Assembly (NCBI GenBank): GCA_040006715.1 | Contig: JBDTWL010000011.1 | Location: forward strand, 3,728 to 67,727 | DNA from: Ferruginibacter sp. | GTDB lineage: Bacteria; Bacteroidota; Bacteroidia; Chitinophagales; Chitinophagaceae | Length of the DNA stretch: 64,000 bases | Reading direction: 5' to 3' | Shown here: positions 30,098-41,261 of the stretch, one piece after another | Position numbering within the stretch: position 1 is the first letter of the stretch | How the letters are laid out: each line of letters opens with the position of its first letter | Made by a program: the position numbers and the translations under genes | Notes under the pieces: generated by a model | Told to the model about the DNA's origin: nothing | Databases searched by the model: none | The model's input: the letters and a program-made list of their open reading frames with translations, nothing else

Positions 30098-31084
30098 TTA
30101 TTTTTCAGTACTTTGAATACTTTTATTAATATACTTTATAGCTTTTTCCTTGTAGGTATCGATCATTAAACTGGTATTCTCCGATATCACTTTTGATATG
30201 AACATGTCTTTGCTGCTTTCCTTCACCGCTACCGTGATCGAATAAGCACCCTGGCTATAACCTGGTTTTGCTTCGTTGTCTTCCATGTGATACCCGAATG
30301 ACCTTGGCACCAGGAATGACCTGCCGGTCACTAATTTTCCTTTTAGATCACTGTAATAAGCACTGTAGTTTTTAGCAGCGGGATCAAGCGGGGCATCTCT
30401 TATAAATAAATAGAATTTACCCAGGTTAACATTATCGAATAAAACGGCATCCTGGTTCACATAAGATGACTGAATGGATATCTCAATATCCATATTTAGT
30501 TTTTTTTCATTGCCTGCTGCTACTTTGGCTTTTGCGTATTTAAGCTGGAGATCGTCAAGCCTTAACCGGAATATTGAATTGTTGAGGATCTCATAAGCAT
30601 TGGTAGTATCGAGGCTGAATTTTGCAATAAATGCTGTATCAGTATTGCCTTCGCTGTTAATAAAAGTCCTTGCGATCTTAAACCCGGCAAACTGCATTCC
30701 TACAGGATCGAAAGGCCCTTCATTTGACAGCTGGTCATAAAAATAAAGATCGGTCAGTGCAAACTGGTATGAGGCTGTATATTTTTTCCGTTCATTGTCT
30801 ATTACATTCTTTATGGCATCAGTGGCAATAGAAACTACATTGCCAACAACAGAAGATACATCCAGGCCCCGTGCTTTATTATTACCCCGTGATGCAAGCG
30901 AAAGGGTCGGCTGTTCTTTTAATGTGCTGAAATTAACAATGTCCCTTTTTTCCTTGATATTCATATTCAATGCTTCTCCCTTATTTACAGAGCCCACCTT
31001 AGAACCTGCACAACCGGGTAAAAATAATAAAATGAGCAGTATTGAAACGATTCCCAAAAAGTTTTCGCTTAAGCTTTTGAACAT
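30098..31084 (-). CDS. Hypothetical lipoprotein
   Basis: Lipobox-like LPGC; 30 nt upstream of and co-oriented with the caspase gene. Confidence 0.75.
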   Translation of the reverse strand: MFKSLSENFLGIVSILLILLFLPGCAGSKVGSVNKGEALNMNIKEKRDIVNFSTLKEQPTLSLASRGNNKARGLDVSSVVGNVVSIATDAIKNVIDNERKKYTASYQFALTDLYFYDQLSNEGPFDPVGMQFAGFKIARTFINSEGNTDTAFIAKFSLDTTNAYEILNNSIFRLRLDDLQLKYAKAKVAAGNEKKLNMDIEISIQSSYVNQDAVLFDNVNLGKFYLFIRDAPLDPAAKNYSAYYSDLKGKLVTGRSFLVPRSFGYHMEDNEAKPGYSQGAYSITVAVKESSKDMFISKVISENTSLMIDTYKEKAIKYINKSIQSTEK

Positions 31085-31311
31085 ACAAATATCATTTAAT
31101 GAATGGTTTTTAAATATTCATTGTGAAATACACAAGAAATTTAGTAATTTAACTGGCTGTTTCCTAATTATTCATTGCCAATGTTTACCTGGAAACGATC
31201 AAAAAGTTTTTTACCGGCAAATTTGTAAAAAACATCCTCCGAAACACATCGCCAGTTAGCATTAAAAGATCATTTTGATAATGGTATGTAATTAATAAAT
31301 AAGCCCAGGTC

Positions 31312-34107
31312 ATGCAACTAATTCATTGCTATATTAAAAAAGGGTCACTGCTTTTCATTTTTTGGTTTAGCTGCTTATCCCTGGCAGCCCAGGTCCCAAA
31401 CAATACCAGGGGGATCATAACTACTTCCGAGGCAACAGCAAATGCAGTGACCGGGGATGTATATGCGATCATAATGGGGGTTTCAACATATCCCGGTGTT
31501 TATCCTCCCTTAAAGTTTGCAGACAAGGATGCGATCCTTTTCCGCGACTTTTTGAAAACACCCAGTGGTGGAAGCACTAAGCCTGAAAATATATTGTTAC
31601 TCCTCAATGACAGTGCAAAAGCTGCAGATTTTAACGTGAGGGCCCTTGGTTGGTTAAAAAACAAGAACTTAAAAAAAGGAGACCGGCTCTATCTTTATTT
31701 CAGCGGGCATGGCGTTGCCATGAATGAGGCCCTTTACTTTTTTCTTCCTTATGATTGTGAGCCAAACAAGGATCCGGGAAATTATTTAGGCACCGGCAAT
31801 ATCAATTTGTATAATGTAAAGGTGGGTTTTATCGCCCCGCAAGTGTCGCGTGGAGTAGATGTGATACTCATCATGGATGCTTGCAGGAGCAATGAGATCC
31901 CAGGCGGGAAAGAAGAGAGCGGGCAGCATTTCAGCAATAAATTCATCGTACAACAGGAGATGGGAGAAACCATGTTGCTTTCTACCGGCCCGGGACAGGT
32001 CTCAATTGAAAGCCCTACTATCGGTAACGGGCATGGCCTTTTCACATACTACCTGGTGGATGGCCTGGCAGGTGAAGCAGATAAGGATTCATTGACCGGT
32101 GATAATGACGGGAAAGTATCCCTGGCAGAGATCAGCGCATATGTAAAAAGCCGGGTGAAGCGAAGAGCAAGAACAGATTTCAATACGGTTCAGATCCCTT
32201 TTGCATGTTGTGCTGAAAAAGACATGGCTACGATCGTAAAGGTAGATCCGCTAACATTTACGGCATGGGAATATTCCAAAAAAATACAGCAGCTTAGTTC
32301 AGATCAGAATTTATTTGCAGTAAACAATACCAGGCCGGGAGAAAAAGGCGTTGGCGCTATGTCAGGGATCGATACATCTCAAATAAGCCTTTACAACCAG
32401 TTCGTAGATGCCTTGAAAAAGGAAAAACTTGTTGGCGATGCGTCTGCGGAAACATTTTATAAACTAATGGAGAAAAACTGGCCGGGCAACAGTATTACCG
32501 AGGACGCAAAATATTCACTGGCCGCAAAATATCTTAATTTCTGCCAGCAAAAAATAAACCTGTTCCTGGCTGGTAAAGGCCTGGTCCATATCATGTATAT
32601 GGAAAAGGAGATCAGCAAAGAGCAGAAAGACAAGGACAACCCGGGGATCACGGAGTTGGGAGAACAAATAAAAAAACTCAAAACACTTGTTACCACGGGA
32701 TTTGATGTAGCTGCAGCGATGATGGAAAAAGCCATTGATCTGATGAAGAATGAACCACATTTGCTGGAGCCTGTTCGCCCTAAGTATGATTTTTTGAAAA
32801 CAATGGCTGCTTATTCCAGCAAAAGATCAAAATTGAAAGATGTACTGCAATATTGCCGTAGAGCCATTGAAGCTGACCCGCAATCTCCTTCCGGTTACTT
32901 GCTTATGGGATGGATCTACCAGGACATGCAGGATGACTCCTGCGAATATTATTTCAGGAAAGCAGCGGCGATGGCGCCCAAATGGGCATATCCAATGAAT
33001 GGCCTCGGCAATTTTTATATCTCTAAGAACAATAAGAAAGAAGCGATCCGGTATTTTTCCAAAGCTATATCCATGGATAATCTTTTCAGCAATGCCTACA
33101 GGAATCTTGGAATGACCTACTATAATAAAAAAGCATTTGATTCGGCTAAATATTATTTCAAAAAGGCGATCGATATAGACCCCTGTGATAGTTACGCGAA
33201 TGAAAATTATGGAAGTGCCAATGCAGAATATATCAGCCAGGAATTCGGTTCTAAATATACAGATAGTGTGTATTTTAAAATTGGCAGGAAATTCTTTTTA
33301 AGATCAATAGAATGTGACAGCAGTTTTGCATTGGGATATCAAAAAATGTCAGCACTGTACTCGCGTGCAAGGTTTGAGGATAGTGCACTCGCCATTCTTC
33401 AAAAATGCATCTCTGTCAATCCTGAAAATGCAGATGCATACAGGAACATAGGCACTTATTATTTAAGCAATCGCAAGGACAGCCTGCAGGCAGAAGAAAA
33501 TTTCAAAAAGGCGATCACGCTGGATCCTTCTAACGGTGAGAATTATTATTCATTGGCAAGGCTTTACAGGAAGCAAAAGAATAAGAACAAAGCCATTGAT
33601 ATCTATACAAGGGCCCTGGACAATATCGGTAATAATAAAGACCTGTTCAATGAACTGGGGAATGTTTATTTTGAAGCGCCTTCACAATTTGAAAAAGCGA
33701 TCAGTTATTATAACAAGGCACTTGAAATGGATCCTACACTCGCCTATGTTTATTTAAACCTGGGGAAACTGCATGAGGCAAAAGATGTATCCAAAGACAG
33801 CTCAATATATTATTACAGCAAAGCTGTCCTATATGATCCCGATCGTTTCCAGAAATTGAATCATACGATCGCCGACTTTTATTTTGACAATAAAAAATTC
33901 AGCGAGGCAAAAACATTTTACAGGCAATCGCTGGAAAAGCCAACACCTGGCAGGTATTGGGATGTGGAGCACCTGGTGAAGATACTTATTGAAGAAAAAA
34001 ACTTTATAGAAGCAGAAAGCACCTTAAAACAATACCTAACTCCGGGAGAAGATAAAAATCTTTATGAAATATTATCGGCTGCTATCAAAGAGGCATCAGG
34101 ACAATAG
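31312..34107 (+). CDS. Exported caspase-family protein with C-terminal TPR array
   Basis: Signal peptide, YFSGHG and IMDACRS dyad, GHGLFTYYLVDGLAG; many TPRs (e.g. AYRNLGMTYY, FNELGNVYF). Confidence 0.9.
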   Translation: MQLIHCYIKKGSLLFIFWFSCLSLAAQVPNNTRGIITTSEATANAVTGDVYAIIMGVSTYPGVYPPLKFADKDAILFRDFLKTPSGGSTKPENILLLLNDSAKAADFNVRALGWLKNKNLKKGDRLYLYFSGHGVAMNEALYFFLPYDCEPNKDPGNYLGTGNINLYNVKVGFIAPQVSRGVDVILIMDACRSNEIPGGKEESGQHFSNKFIVQQEMGETMLLSTGPGQVSIESPTIGNGHGLFTYYLVDGLAGEADKDSLTGDNDGKVSLAEISAYVKSRVKRRARTDFNTVQIPFACCAEKDMATIVKVDPLTFTAWEYSKKIQQLSSDQNLFAVNNTRPGEKGVGAMSGIDTSQISLYNQFVDALKKEKLVGDASAETFYKLMEKNWPGNSITEDAKYSLAAKYLNFCQQKINLFLAGKGLVHIMYMEKEISKEQKDKDNPGITELGEQIKKLKTLVTTGFDVAAAMMEKAIDLMKNEPHLLEPVRPKYDFLKTMAAYSSKRSKLKDVLQYCRRAIEADPQSPSGYLLMGWIYQDMQDDSCEYYFRKAAAMAPKWAYPMNGLGNFYISKNNKKEAIRYFSKAISMDNLFSNAYRNLGMTYYNKKAFDSAKYYFKKAIDIDPCDSYANENYGSANAEYISQEFGSKYTDSVYFKIGRKFFLRSIECDSSFALGYQKMSALYSRARFEDSALAILQKCISVNPENADAYRNIGTYYLSNRKDSLQAEENFKKAITLDPSNGENYYSLARLYRKQKNKNKAIDIYTRALDNIGNNKDLFNELGNVYFEAPSQFEKAISYYNKALEMDPTLAYVYLNLGKLHEAKDVSKDSSIYYYSKAVLYDPDRFQKLNHTIADFYFDNKKFSEAKTFYRQSLEKPTPGRYWDVEHLVKILIEEKNFIEAESTLKQYLTPGEDKNLYEILSAAIKEASGQ

Positions 34108-34347
34108 AAGACCTCCATCGCTCAGGTCCCGGAACAGATAAACAATTATGTATTTTGCAGTACAATTTGATAAACTGCTTAACGAATATTCCTGCAGCGA
34201 ACATTCCGGATGTGATTAAATTAAACTTTACGACTGATCGCTTGTTAATATACAAAGCCATTAGGTATGAATCCGCTGGCTGAATATTAAATTGCTGCAA
34301 AAGCTAGGTTTATATGCCTGTAGACTCGTGAAAAATGTTTATATAAA

Positions 34348-34363
34348 TGTCAATTTGCTGACA
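34348..34363 (+). promoter_or_regulatory. Crp/Fnr-type box upstream of the sigma-54 activator gene
   Basis: Perfect TGTCA-ATTTGC-TGACA; TTATTTTG ends at 34392, 29 nt downstream. Confidence 0.8.
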
Positions 34364-34450
34364 ATCCTTCCATAAATTAAGTGTTTATTTTGGCCAGGCA
34401 AATGCTTAACTTTAAATATCAAAACTAGTTGATATTAAACTTCTAATCAT

Positions 34451-37400
34451 ATGGGGAAAGTGATATCGAAAAATAAGGAATCCGACAAAGATCTGCACCT
34501 CTCCCATTTCTCATTGGAAAATCTCCATGAAGCAGTATTCTGGATCGATTCCAGGTCACATATCTTCCAGGTAAATGATATGGCCTGCCAGATGACGGGC
34601 TATTCCAAAGAAGATCTTTTAAAAAAAATGGTTGCAGACCTTAACCCAACCAATACAATAGCAGATTTTGAAACATTCTGGAAAAAACTAAAAAAGGAAA
34701 AGAAACTTACCTTCGATTCACAGCATCGCCATAAAGAAGGACACTTGTATGATGTTGAGGTAACCGGCAATTTTATAGAATACAATGGCGAAGAATTTTC
34801 ATGCAGTATTGTAAGGGATATCCGTAAAAAAAAGATGGAAGAAGAATTGTTACGCATCGTTTCTGAAGCAACCTCGGGCGTAACAGGAAAAGATTTTCTT
34901 GTCGAATTAACAAAGAACATCTGCAAAGTGATCGGTATGAAATATTGTTTCGTTGCCGAATGTGCAGATAGTGCGAAAACACGCTTTCGCACTATTGTAT
35001 TTACTGATGGAGAAAAAGTAATGGACAATTTCGAATATGATGCAAAAGATTCGGCCTGTCAAATGATGCTGAAAGCTGTTCCCTATTTTTTGGCAGAAGG
35101 CGCACAGAAATTGTTTAAAGGAGCTACCGGGATCGAATCATATATCGGTGCTCCTATCTTAAGCCATATAAATGGTGAAGTATTGGGACATATAGCCGCA
35201 AGCGATCCCAAACCAATCAGCAATGAAAAAAACCTCACCGCCATACTTCAGATATTCGCAGCAAGGATCGGTGCAGAATTAGCAAGGATGCAGGCAGAAG
35301 ATGCCCTTGAATCAAAGAATAAAGAATTAAACGACCGGTTAAGTGAAATAGAATTATATAACAGTACTGTAAAAAACTTGCAGGACCAGGTTTTCTGGCT
35401 CGATGATAAAGGAAAGTTTATCAGGGTAAATGATGCTGTAAGCAAAATTTCCGGTTACTGTGTAGATGAATTGATGCAGATGACCGTATTTGAACTTAAC
35501 CCTTCCCTTACAAAAAAAGAATGGGAAAAAGGATGGAGGGAAACGAAGAAGCACGGCCAGCAAATAATAGAGACAGAACATCGTACAAAGCAAGGACAAT
35601 CATATCCTGTAGAAGTTACCAACAATTTCATGACCCATAATGCTGTTGAATATTTCTGTTCGTCTGTAAGAGATATCCGCAAGCGTAAAATGGAAGAAGA
35701 ATTGTTACGTACCATTTCCGAAGCAACATCAGCACTGGTTGGCCAGGATTTCTTTGAAGCGCTCACAGAGTATGTTACCGTTTCTCTTGGTGTAAAAACA
35801 TGTATAATCACAGAATGCACAGATGCAGATAAGACAAGGGTACGAACACTTGCCTTCACCAAAGACAGCAAGTTGCAGGAGAACATTGAATATGATATAG
35901 AAGGAACGCCCTGTAAACTTGTGATGGAAGGAAAGGGATCCGACATTTTCATTTCATCAGGTGTTGACAAAACCTATCCCAAAGAAGCCGGTTATGATTC
36001 TTATGTTGCCGTACCCATCTATAGTTCGTCAAACAATGATGTGATCGGCCATATCGCTGCACTTGATGATCATCCGATGACCAACGAGATGAATCAAACA
36101 TCTATCCTCAAAATTTTTGCTGCCCGTGCAGGAGCAGAGATCGACAGGATAAAAGCAGAAGAAAAATTAAAGATCGCCAATGCCGATCTAAAGGTTTTAC
36201 TTAAAGAAAGTGAAGAACGTTTCCGCGACCTGTTTGAAGAAGCTCCGATCGCTTATGTTCATGAAGGGCTCGATTCTAAATTTATCAAAGCCAACCGTGC
36301 AGCTTTGAGTATCCTTGGTGTGAGGCCCGATGAAGTTCCAACAACTTATGGAAAGACAATGGCACCTGATACACCCGATGCACAGCGCCGCATGAAAGAA
36401 GCTTTTGAATCAGTGGGACGAGGTACTGACACAAGTGGCGTGGTGCTTGAGCTAAGACGTAAAGATAATGGCCAACCGATCTGGATACAGTGGTGGTCGA
36501 ACCCTGATGTTGGGGGGCAATTCACCAGGACCATGTTCATTGATATAACGGATAAAGTGTTGATGGAACAGGAACAGGCAAGGTTGCAGGCGCAGAACCA
36601 ATACCTGCAGGAAGAAATTAAATACAATAACAATTTTGAAGAGATCGTAAGCAAGAGCAAGAATTTTCATAAGGTCCTGCAACAGATCGAACAGGTTGCT
36701 TCAACAAATGCAACAGTGTTGATCATGGGTGAAAGCGGTACCGGTAAAGAATTGATCGCACGGGCTGTTCACAATATCAGCAACCGGAGTAAAAGGCCAT
36801 TGGTAAAAGTGAACTGTGCTACCCTTCCCGCCAATTTAATTGAAAGCGAATTGTTCGGGCATGAGAAAGGGGCATTCACCGGTGCGATGGAAAGAAAGAT
36901 CGGACGTTTTGAATTAGCAGATGGCGGTACCATCTTTTTAGATGAGATCGGTGAACTTCCTGTAGAATTACAGGCAAAATTATTACGTGTATTGCAGGAA
37001 GGCGAATTTGAAAGATTGGGCAATCCAAGAACTATGAAAGTAAATGTAAGGGTGATCGCCGCCACTAACCGCAACCTTGAACAGGCCATTGAGAAAAAAG
37101 AATTCAGGGAAGACCTTTATTACCGTTTGAATGTATTCCCGATAACCTGCCCGCCTTTGCGTGAAAGAAAAGAAGACATTCCATTGCTTGTAAAACATTT
37201 TTTACAAAAACATGAACCGAGGGTTGGTAAAAAGATCAGCAATGTATCGCCCAAAGTAATGGATATACTGAATACTTATGATTGGCCGGGTAATATCCGT
37301 GAACTGGAGAACCTGATAGAAAGGGCAATGATCTTATGTCCTGCGAATACGCTGCAGGAAGGTACATGGCTGCCTGTTACTAAATTTACTACTTTAAACG

Positions 37401-37573
37401 GCAAAGCAAACCTGCAAAAATTAGATGATGTGGAAAAGGATCACATTATGGAAATACTGAAACAAACCAACTGGAAAGTAAGTGGTGAAAAAGGCGCTGC
37501 AAAAATACTCGGCCTGAATGCAACAACACTTGAAGCAAGGATGAAGAAATTGGGAATTAAAAGAGAAGGCTAA
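34451..37573 (+). CDS. Sigma-54 enhancer-binding protein, PAS-GAF-PAS-GAF-PAS-AAA+-HTH (FhlA-like)
   Basis: [40 protein letters not shown] and WPGNIREL motifs plus C-terminal HTH; no receiver domain. Confidence 0.95.
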   Translation: MGKVISKNKESDKDLHLSHFSLENLHEAVFWIDSRSHIFQVNDMACQMTGYSKEDLLKKMVADLNPTNTIADFETFWKKLKKEKKLTFDSQHRHKEGHLYDVEVTGNFIEYNGEEFSCSIVRDIRKKKMEEELLRIVSEATSGVTGKDFLVELTKNICKVIGMKYCFVAECADSAKTRFRTIVFTDGEKVMDNFEYDAKDSACQMMLKAVPYFLAEGAQKLFKGATGIESYIGAPILSHINGEVLGHIAASDPKPISNEKNLTAILQIFAARIGAELARMQAEDALESKNKELNDRLSEIELYNSTVKNLQDQVFWLDDKGKFIRVNDAVSKISGYCVDELMQMTVFELNPSLTKKEWEKGWRETKKHGQQIIETEHRTKQGQSYPVEVTNNFMTHNAVEYFCSSVRDIRKRKMEEELLRTISEATSALVGQDFFEALTEYVTVSLGVKTCIITECTDADKTRVRTLAFTKDSKLQENIEYDIEGTPCKLVMEGKGSDIFISSGVDKTYPKEAGYDSYVAVPIYSSSNNDVIGHIAALDDHPMTNEMNQTSILKIFAARAGAEIDRIKAEEKLKIANADLKVLLKESEERFRDLFEEAPIAYVHEGLDSKFIKANRAALSILGVRPDEVPTTYGKTMAPDTPDAQRRMKEAFESVGRGTDTSGVVLELRRKDNGQPIWIQWWSNPDVGGQFTRTMFIDITDKVLMEQEQARLQAQNQYLQEEIKYNNNFEEIVSKSKNFHKVLQQIEQVASTNATVLIMGESGTGKELIARAVHNISNRSKRPLVKVNCATLPANLIESELFGHEKGAFTGAMERKIGRFELADGGTIFLDEIGELPVELQAKLLRVLQEGEFERLGNPRTMKVNVRVIAATNRNLEQAIEKKEFREDLYYRLNVFPITCPPLRERKEDIPLLVKHFLQKHEPRVGKKISNVSPKVMDILNTYDWPGNIRELENLIERAMILCPANTLQEGTWLPVTKFTTLNGKANLQKLDDVEKDHIMEILKQTNWKVSGEKGAAKILGLNATTLEARMKKLGIKREG

Positions 37574-37645
37574 TTTGAGAATTTGGAGATGTGGAAATTT
37601 GAAAATTAAGAATGAATTTGCGAAAATATTTGATTTTCGAAAGTT
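37574..37645. repeat. Degenerate short-period intergenic repeat (AATTTG[A/G]AA-like)
   Basis: aatttgagaatttggagatgtggaaatttgaaaatt...aatttgcgaaaatatttg between convergent genes. Confidence 0.45.
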
Positions 37646-37647
37646 GA

Positions 37648-38712
37648 CTATCCCACCGAAAATTCATCCAATACTTTAATGTATTTACTGTTTTCCCTGA
37701 ACATTTGCAATCCCGAAGTAGTATCCATGTATGATAGCTTATAGTTTTTTTGATTCATCCTGCTTATCCTTGAAAGGATATCCAGGTGACGAATGATCTC
37801 TTTCCATGCAAAGAAGATAGAATGCCTGGGGTCATACATATGGGTGGGTTCACTACCGGCTCCGTTCAATTCAATGATGGAAAAATTCCTTCCCTGTCTT
37901 AACTCTTCCCAGCAATTATACCTTATATCAAGCCTTCCAAAATAAAAACCATTGATCTTTTTACAGGCATCGTCGATTGAATTAATAAGTGATTCATCGA
38001 TCAAATGGCTTGCATCCAGGAATTTGGCGCCCCGCACATGATTTCCGTAAGGTACCATTACACGACGCTGCCCTGCCTCAAGAACAGTATCAAAATCACT
38101 TCCGTCCGTACGTCGCAATGTTTCCAGCTGAAGGATAAAACGTTTATCCCTGCAAAGCAATTGTTCGATCGTTGATATCCCGTCACCGGTTAAGGATAAA
38201 AATTCCTTTTGCACGATCCCTGATATCTTGCCTTTTGCTTCGTTTGGATAACGATAATAAAAAATACCCACTTCATTTTCATAAGGGATAAATTCCTGTA
38301 TAAGAAAATCCACTTTTGATGATGCAATGTACCCTGCCAGCTCCTTATCATTCTCAATTTTCTTTACTGCTTTGCCCTGCATTCCTATATCCGGCTTGCC
38401 AATAAGGGGATATTGAAGGCCCCGGTCATTTATTTCTTTCAGCACATCTTTTAAAAATGTATTTGCTTTAAAGAATAAAGTAGCAGGATAATATTGTTGG
38501 GGCATCAGGTCATAGATCTCTTTTTTTGATTCAAGCAGGAAACCGCCGTTCTTTATTGTTGGGTTAGATGTACTGAAAAAGAAAAAAGAGCGTGCACGGA
38601 TGCCAAGCCATAGCCAATAAAAATAGATCGGCATATAAACAATATGAAAGGGCCAGTACTCCCAATTAAATAACTTTATAAAGAAAGGTTTATGCAATAT
38701 TGTCTTTAACAT
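37648..38712 (-). CDS. ATP-grasp (D-Ala-D-Ala-ligase-like) protein of unknown specificity
   Basis: NWEYWP N-terminus, LIGKPDIG, LIQEFI and FYFGRLDI...IIELNGAGSEP ATP-grasp motifs. Confidence 0.82.
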   Translation of the reverse strand: MLKTILHKPFFIKLFNWEYWPFHIVYMPIYFYWLWLGIRARSFFFFSTSNPTIKNGGFLLESKKEIYDLMPQQYYPATLFFKANTFLKDVLKEINDRGLQYPLIGKPDIGMQGKAVKKIENDKELAGYIASSKVDFLIQEFIPYENEVGIFYYRYPNEAKGKISGIVQKEFLSLTGDGISTIEQLLCRDKRFILQLETLRRTDGSDFDTVLEAGQRRVMVPYGNHVRGAKFLDASHLIDESLINSIDDACKKINGFYFGRLDIRYNCWEELRQGRNFSIIELNGAGSEPTHMYDPRHSIFFAWKEIIRHLDILSRISRMNQKNYKLSYMDTTSGLQMFRENSKYIKVLDEFSVG

Positions 38713-38722
38713 ACATTGATGA

Positions 38723-39460
38723 TTAAAATATATCAGCGGTCTCCCGTATAGATGAGACCAGTTTCATTTCTTTATTGTGGATACTTCTGTCCTTCAGGTC
38801 GAGGTACCTCATATTACAACGAAGAAATTCCATTGCAATACCCGTTACACTTACTGTTGATAAAAGCCCGTTGCGGTTCATGTTCAGGTCATTTTGCGTA
38901 TCCCCATCACCGGTAAATTTATGAAATGCGAAGATATCATCCTGTGCAGGAAGCGGGTTCTTATTCAGGAATGCTGCGAACCATTGTTCTCTTTTTTTCA
39001 CCACCTTTTCATCATACAAAGTTGAAGAGGACCAGATATAAGGCCGGTATTTTTTTAACTGCCTGCAATGCTTTGTTGAACCTGTCCACCTGCATTCATA
39101 CAGGCAGTTATCGAAAATGATCATGGTAAATGGTTCGATACCAGAAAGGGCCATATGCGTGAAATACCTTACGGGCATGATCGCATTGATGATCTCCAGG
39201 AAAATGATGCCCCTGCTTTTCCTGTAAGGTGCCATACTGGTATGCTTTTGAAAAGCCCCGTTCAAAAGGACAGCGGCGCATCCATTTTCATTCATAGCGA
39301 TCCAGGTCCCTCCTGCATCTGCATCCCTGGGATAAATGATCCTGTTGCCATTTACAAAATACAATTCGGGTGGAATGGCCTGTTTGCGGATAAATTTCTC
39401 ATCGCGGTTTGAAGTGATGTATATCCTGTCTTTGACGGGAATAAATGTTACTGTGCACAT
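38723..39460 (-). CDS. NRDE/TANGO2 family protein (Ntn-hydrolase fold)
   Basis: MCTV N-terminus, SNRDE, D..AGGTWI, LLNG, SRG and WSSSTLY motifs. Confidence 0.95.
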   Translation of the reverse strand: MCTVTFIPVKDRIYITSNRDEKFIRKQAIPPELYFVNGNRIIYPRDADAGGTWIAMNENGCAAVLLNGAFQKHTSMAPYRKSRGIIFLEIINAIMPVRYFTHMALSGIEPFTMIIFDNCLYECRWTGSTKHCRQLKKYRPYIWSSSTLYDEKVVKKREQWFAAFLNKNPLPAQDDIFAFHKFTGDGDTQNDLNMNRNGLLSTVSVTGIAMEFLRCNMRYLDLKDRSIHNKEMKLVSSIRETADIF

Positions 39461-39948
39461 GATCTGCGGTATTTAATGGTAGAAGTTGCAACGCCAAAAC
39501 CCTCAGGAATATTAATAGAAGAAACCTCGTTGATACCAACCCTGATCAGGGCCATATGATGTACGGTATGTTCCAGGTTATAGATGAGTTCACGGTAATA
39601 ATTGGTTTCAACCCCGATCGATTCTGTTGATTGTTCATCATAGCTGGAATCAAGTAATAAGCTTTTATTGCCCTTATCAATATTGTTGCAGATCATGTCC
39701 ATCAATTCGGTTGCAAGATCTTTGTCTGTTTCAATACGGATATCTCTTTTCCTTTTTTCATAATTCACAACACCTGTTTCATAACCATTGTATAGACAAA
39801 TGTATAATTCAATGATATGCCTTACATGCTGGCCAATAGAAGCATTGAACAATATCTTACTAGGCTGGGAGTATTCCCTTTCAGTCAATTGCTCAAGTGT
39901 TTCTTTCAGTTGCGAAAAGGAATTGTTGATGGCTGAATTTAATTGCAT
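39448..39948 (-). CDS. DinB family protein
   Basis: SIGQHVRH, VNYEKRKRD and LEHTVHH metal-binding His pattern. Confidence 0.9.
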   Translation of the reverse strand: MQLNSAINNSFSQLKETLEQLTEREYSQPSKILFNASIGQHVRHIIELYICLYNGYETGVVNYEKRKRDIRIETDKDLATELMDMICNNIDKGNKSLLLDSSYDEQSTESIGVETNYYRELIYNLEHTVHHMALIRVGINEVSSINIPEGFGVATSTIKYRRSCAQ

Positions 39949-39986
39949 AAAATTGATTTTAGTTTATTACCTGATGTTGAAGGCTG

Positions 39987-40718
39987 TTATTTAAAATTAT
40001 ATGAAACTCCTAACCCGAAAGTATTTGCCTTATTACGGAAACGATCATTCCTGGTACCATCGGGTGCGACCTGTTCCACGTTCTCGGTCTTATATTCTAC
40101 AAATACAAATTGGTAAACTGCTTTGATCCCCCAGCGTTGTGTAATCCTGTACTTTAAAAAGAATTCAGAGTTGAGGCTTCCTCGATCGTGATCTCCTGTC
40201 AACAATAAGTTGAAAGAAGCAGGCTTTGCCATAGGTTCTATCTTGGTTGCACCGTTTGCTTTGAATATGGCGCTACTCTCTCTCCCGAATGTGAACCCTG
40301 CCAGGTCAATATTAAAACCCGCATTCCACTTGCGGCTGAAATTATATCCAAGGTTGATACTTATATTAACAGAATTCGTCAATGGCCTTTGCACGGTAAG
40401 GGTATCCTGGTAATCGGTTCTTTGTCCCGCAAAGAATATTAAGAATGGAATTGTATTCGTACGTGCCAGTCTTGCAGGGGCAGTAGTAAAATCTGTTTTG
40501 GTTCCAAAGTAGCTTGTCCACCTGAGTCCAAGGCCTGCTTCCCATTTCTTCCTCTTGCCTATTTTCCAGTTGTGAACGTAAGAAGCAGCTGCTGTACCCT
40601 GGTATTTACCAATAGTGCCAGTAAGATCAACAAACTGGTCAATGCGTGAAGATCTATTTTGCGCATTGGTTGTAGAAACAGCAAACAGCACACTAATAAT
40701 CAATAAATATTTTTTCAT
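39987..40718 (-). CDS. Hypothetical outer-membrane beta-barrel protein
   Basis: Signal peptide, alternating amphipathic strands, C-terminal FGLGVSYNF. Confidence 0.7.
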   Translation of the reverse strand: MKKYLLIISVLFAVSTTNAQNRSSRIDQFVDLTGTIGKYQGTAAASYVHNWKIGKRKKWEAGLGLRWTSYFGTKTDFTTAPARLARTNTIPFLIFFAGQRTDYQDTLTVQRPLTNSVNISINLGYNFSRKWNAGFNIDLAGFTFGRESSAIFKANGATKIEPMAKPASFNLLLTGDHDRGSLNSEFFLKYRITQRWGIKAVYQFVFVEYKTENVEQVAPDGTRNDRFRNKANTFGLGVSYNFK

Positions 40719-40761
40719 TTTAAGCGTAATTAAGAACTACGAAGGGTTTTTATCAAGAGAT

Positions 40762-41166
40762 TTATTTACAAATAATATTTTTTATAAACACTAAGGCTTC
40801 ATTCCTGTATATGAGCAATAAGCCAAAACAACTCAGGAATACAAGCAAAGCATATATGAATAACTGCCCGCCATCATTCTTTACTACCAGGCCAAGTTTT
40901 GTCAGGTGAAAAAATAGGGCACCAGACATCACTCCCATTCCAAGTACTGCTCCCAACCAGGTGGTCCTGGGATAGATTATTAATATGGATGCGATCAGTT
41001 CTACAATGCCCGAAGCGATCCTGCCCCATGGTTCCATCCCAACTGTAGTAAAAATATAAACCGATTCCTCCGAAGCACTGAACTTGAAGTACAATGTCTG
41101 GAGCATAATAATGGCGGCGACCAGCCTCAGTGCCCACGTTCCTATTACTGAATAATTAATTGTCAT
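40762..41166 (-). CDS. DoxX family membrane protein
   Basis: LQTLYFKF, EPWGRI..G..E and GALFFHLT.LG motifs. Confidence 0.9.
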   Translation of the reverse strand: MTINYSVIGTWALRLVAAIIMLQTLYFKFSASEESVYIFTTVGMEPWGRIASGIVELIASILIIYPRTTWLGAVLGMGVMSGALFFHLTKLGLVVKNDGGQLFIYALLVFLSCFGLLLIYRNEALVFIKNIICK

Positions 41167-41191
41167 TGTTTAAATTTATTTTATATACAAT

Positions 41192-41252
41192 CCGCCTTCG
41201 CCAAGATCAGGCTGACCATATATTGTCATGTTGAGCTTGGCGAAACATAGAC
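41192..41252. repeat. Inverted pair of REP-like elements
   Basis: CCGCCTTCGCCAAGATCAGGCTGAC followed by GTCATGTTGAGCTTGGCGAAACATAGAC. Confidence 0.7.
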
Positions 41253-41261
41253 AGTATAAGG

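Noticed and set aside
34391-34405. TGGC-N8-TGC sigma-54-like site upstream of the activator gene
   Set aside because: Poor match (CA instead of AC, AT instead of TT), and it overlaps the -7 box that fits the regulon spacing.
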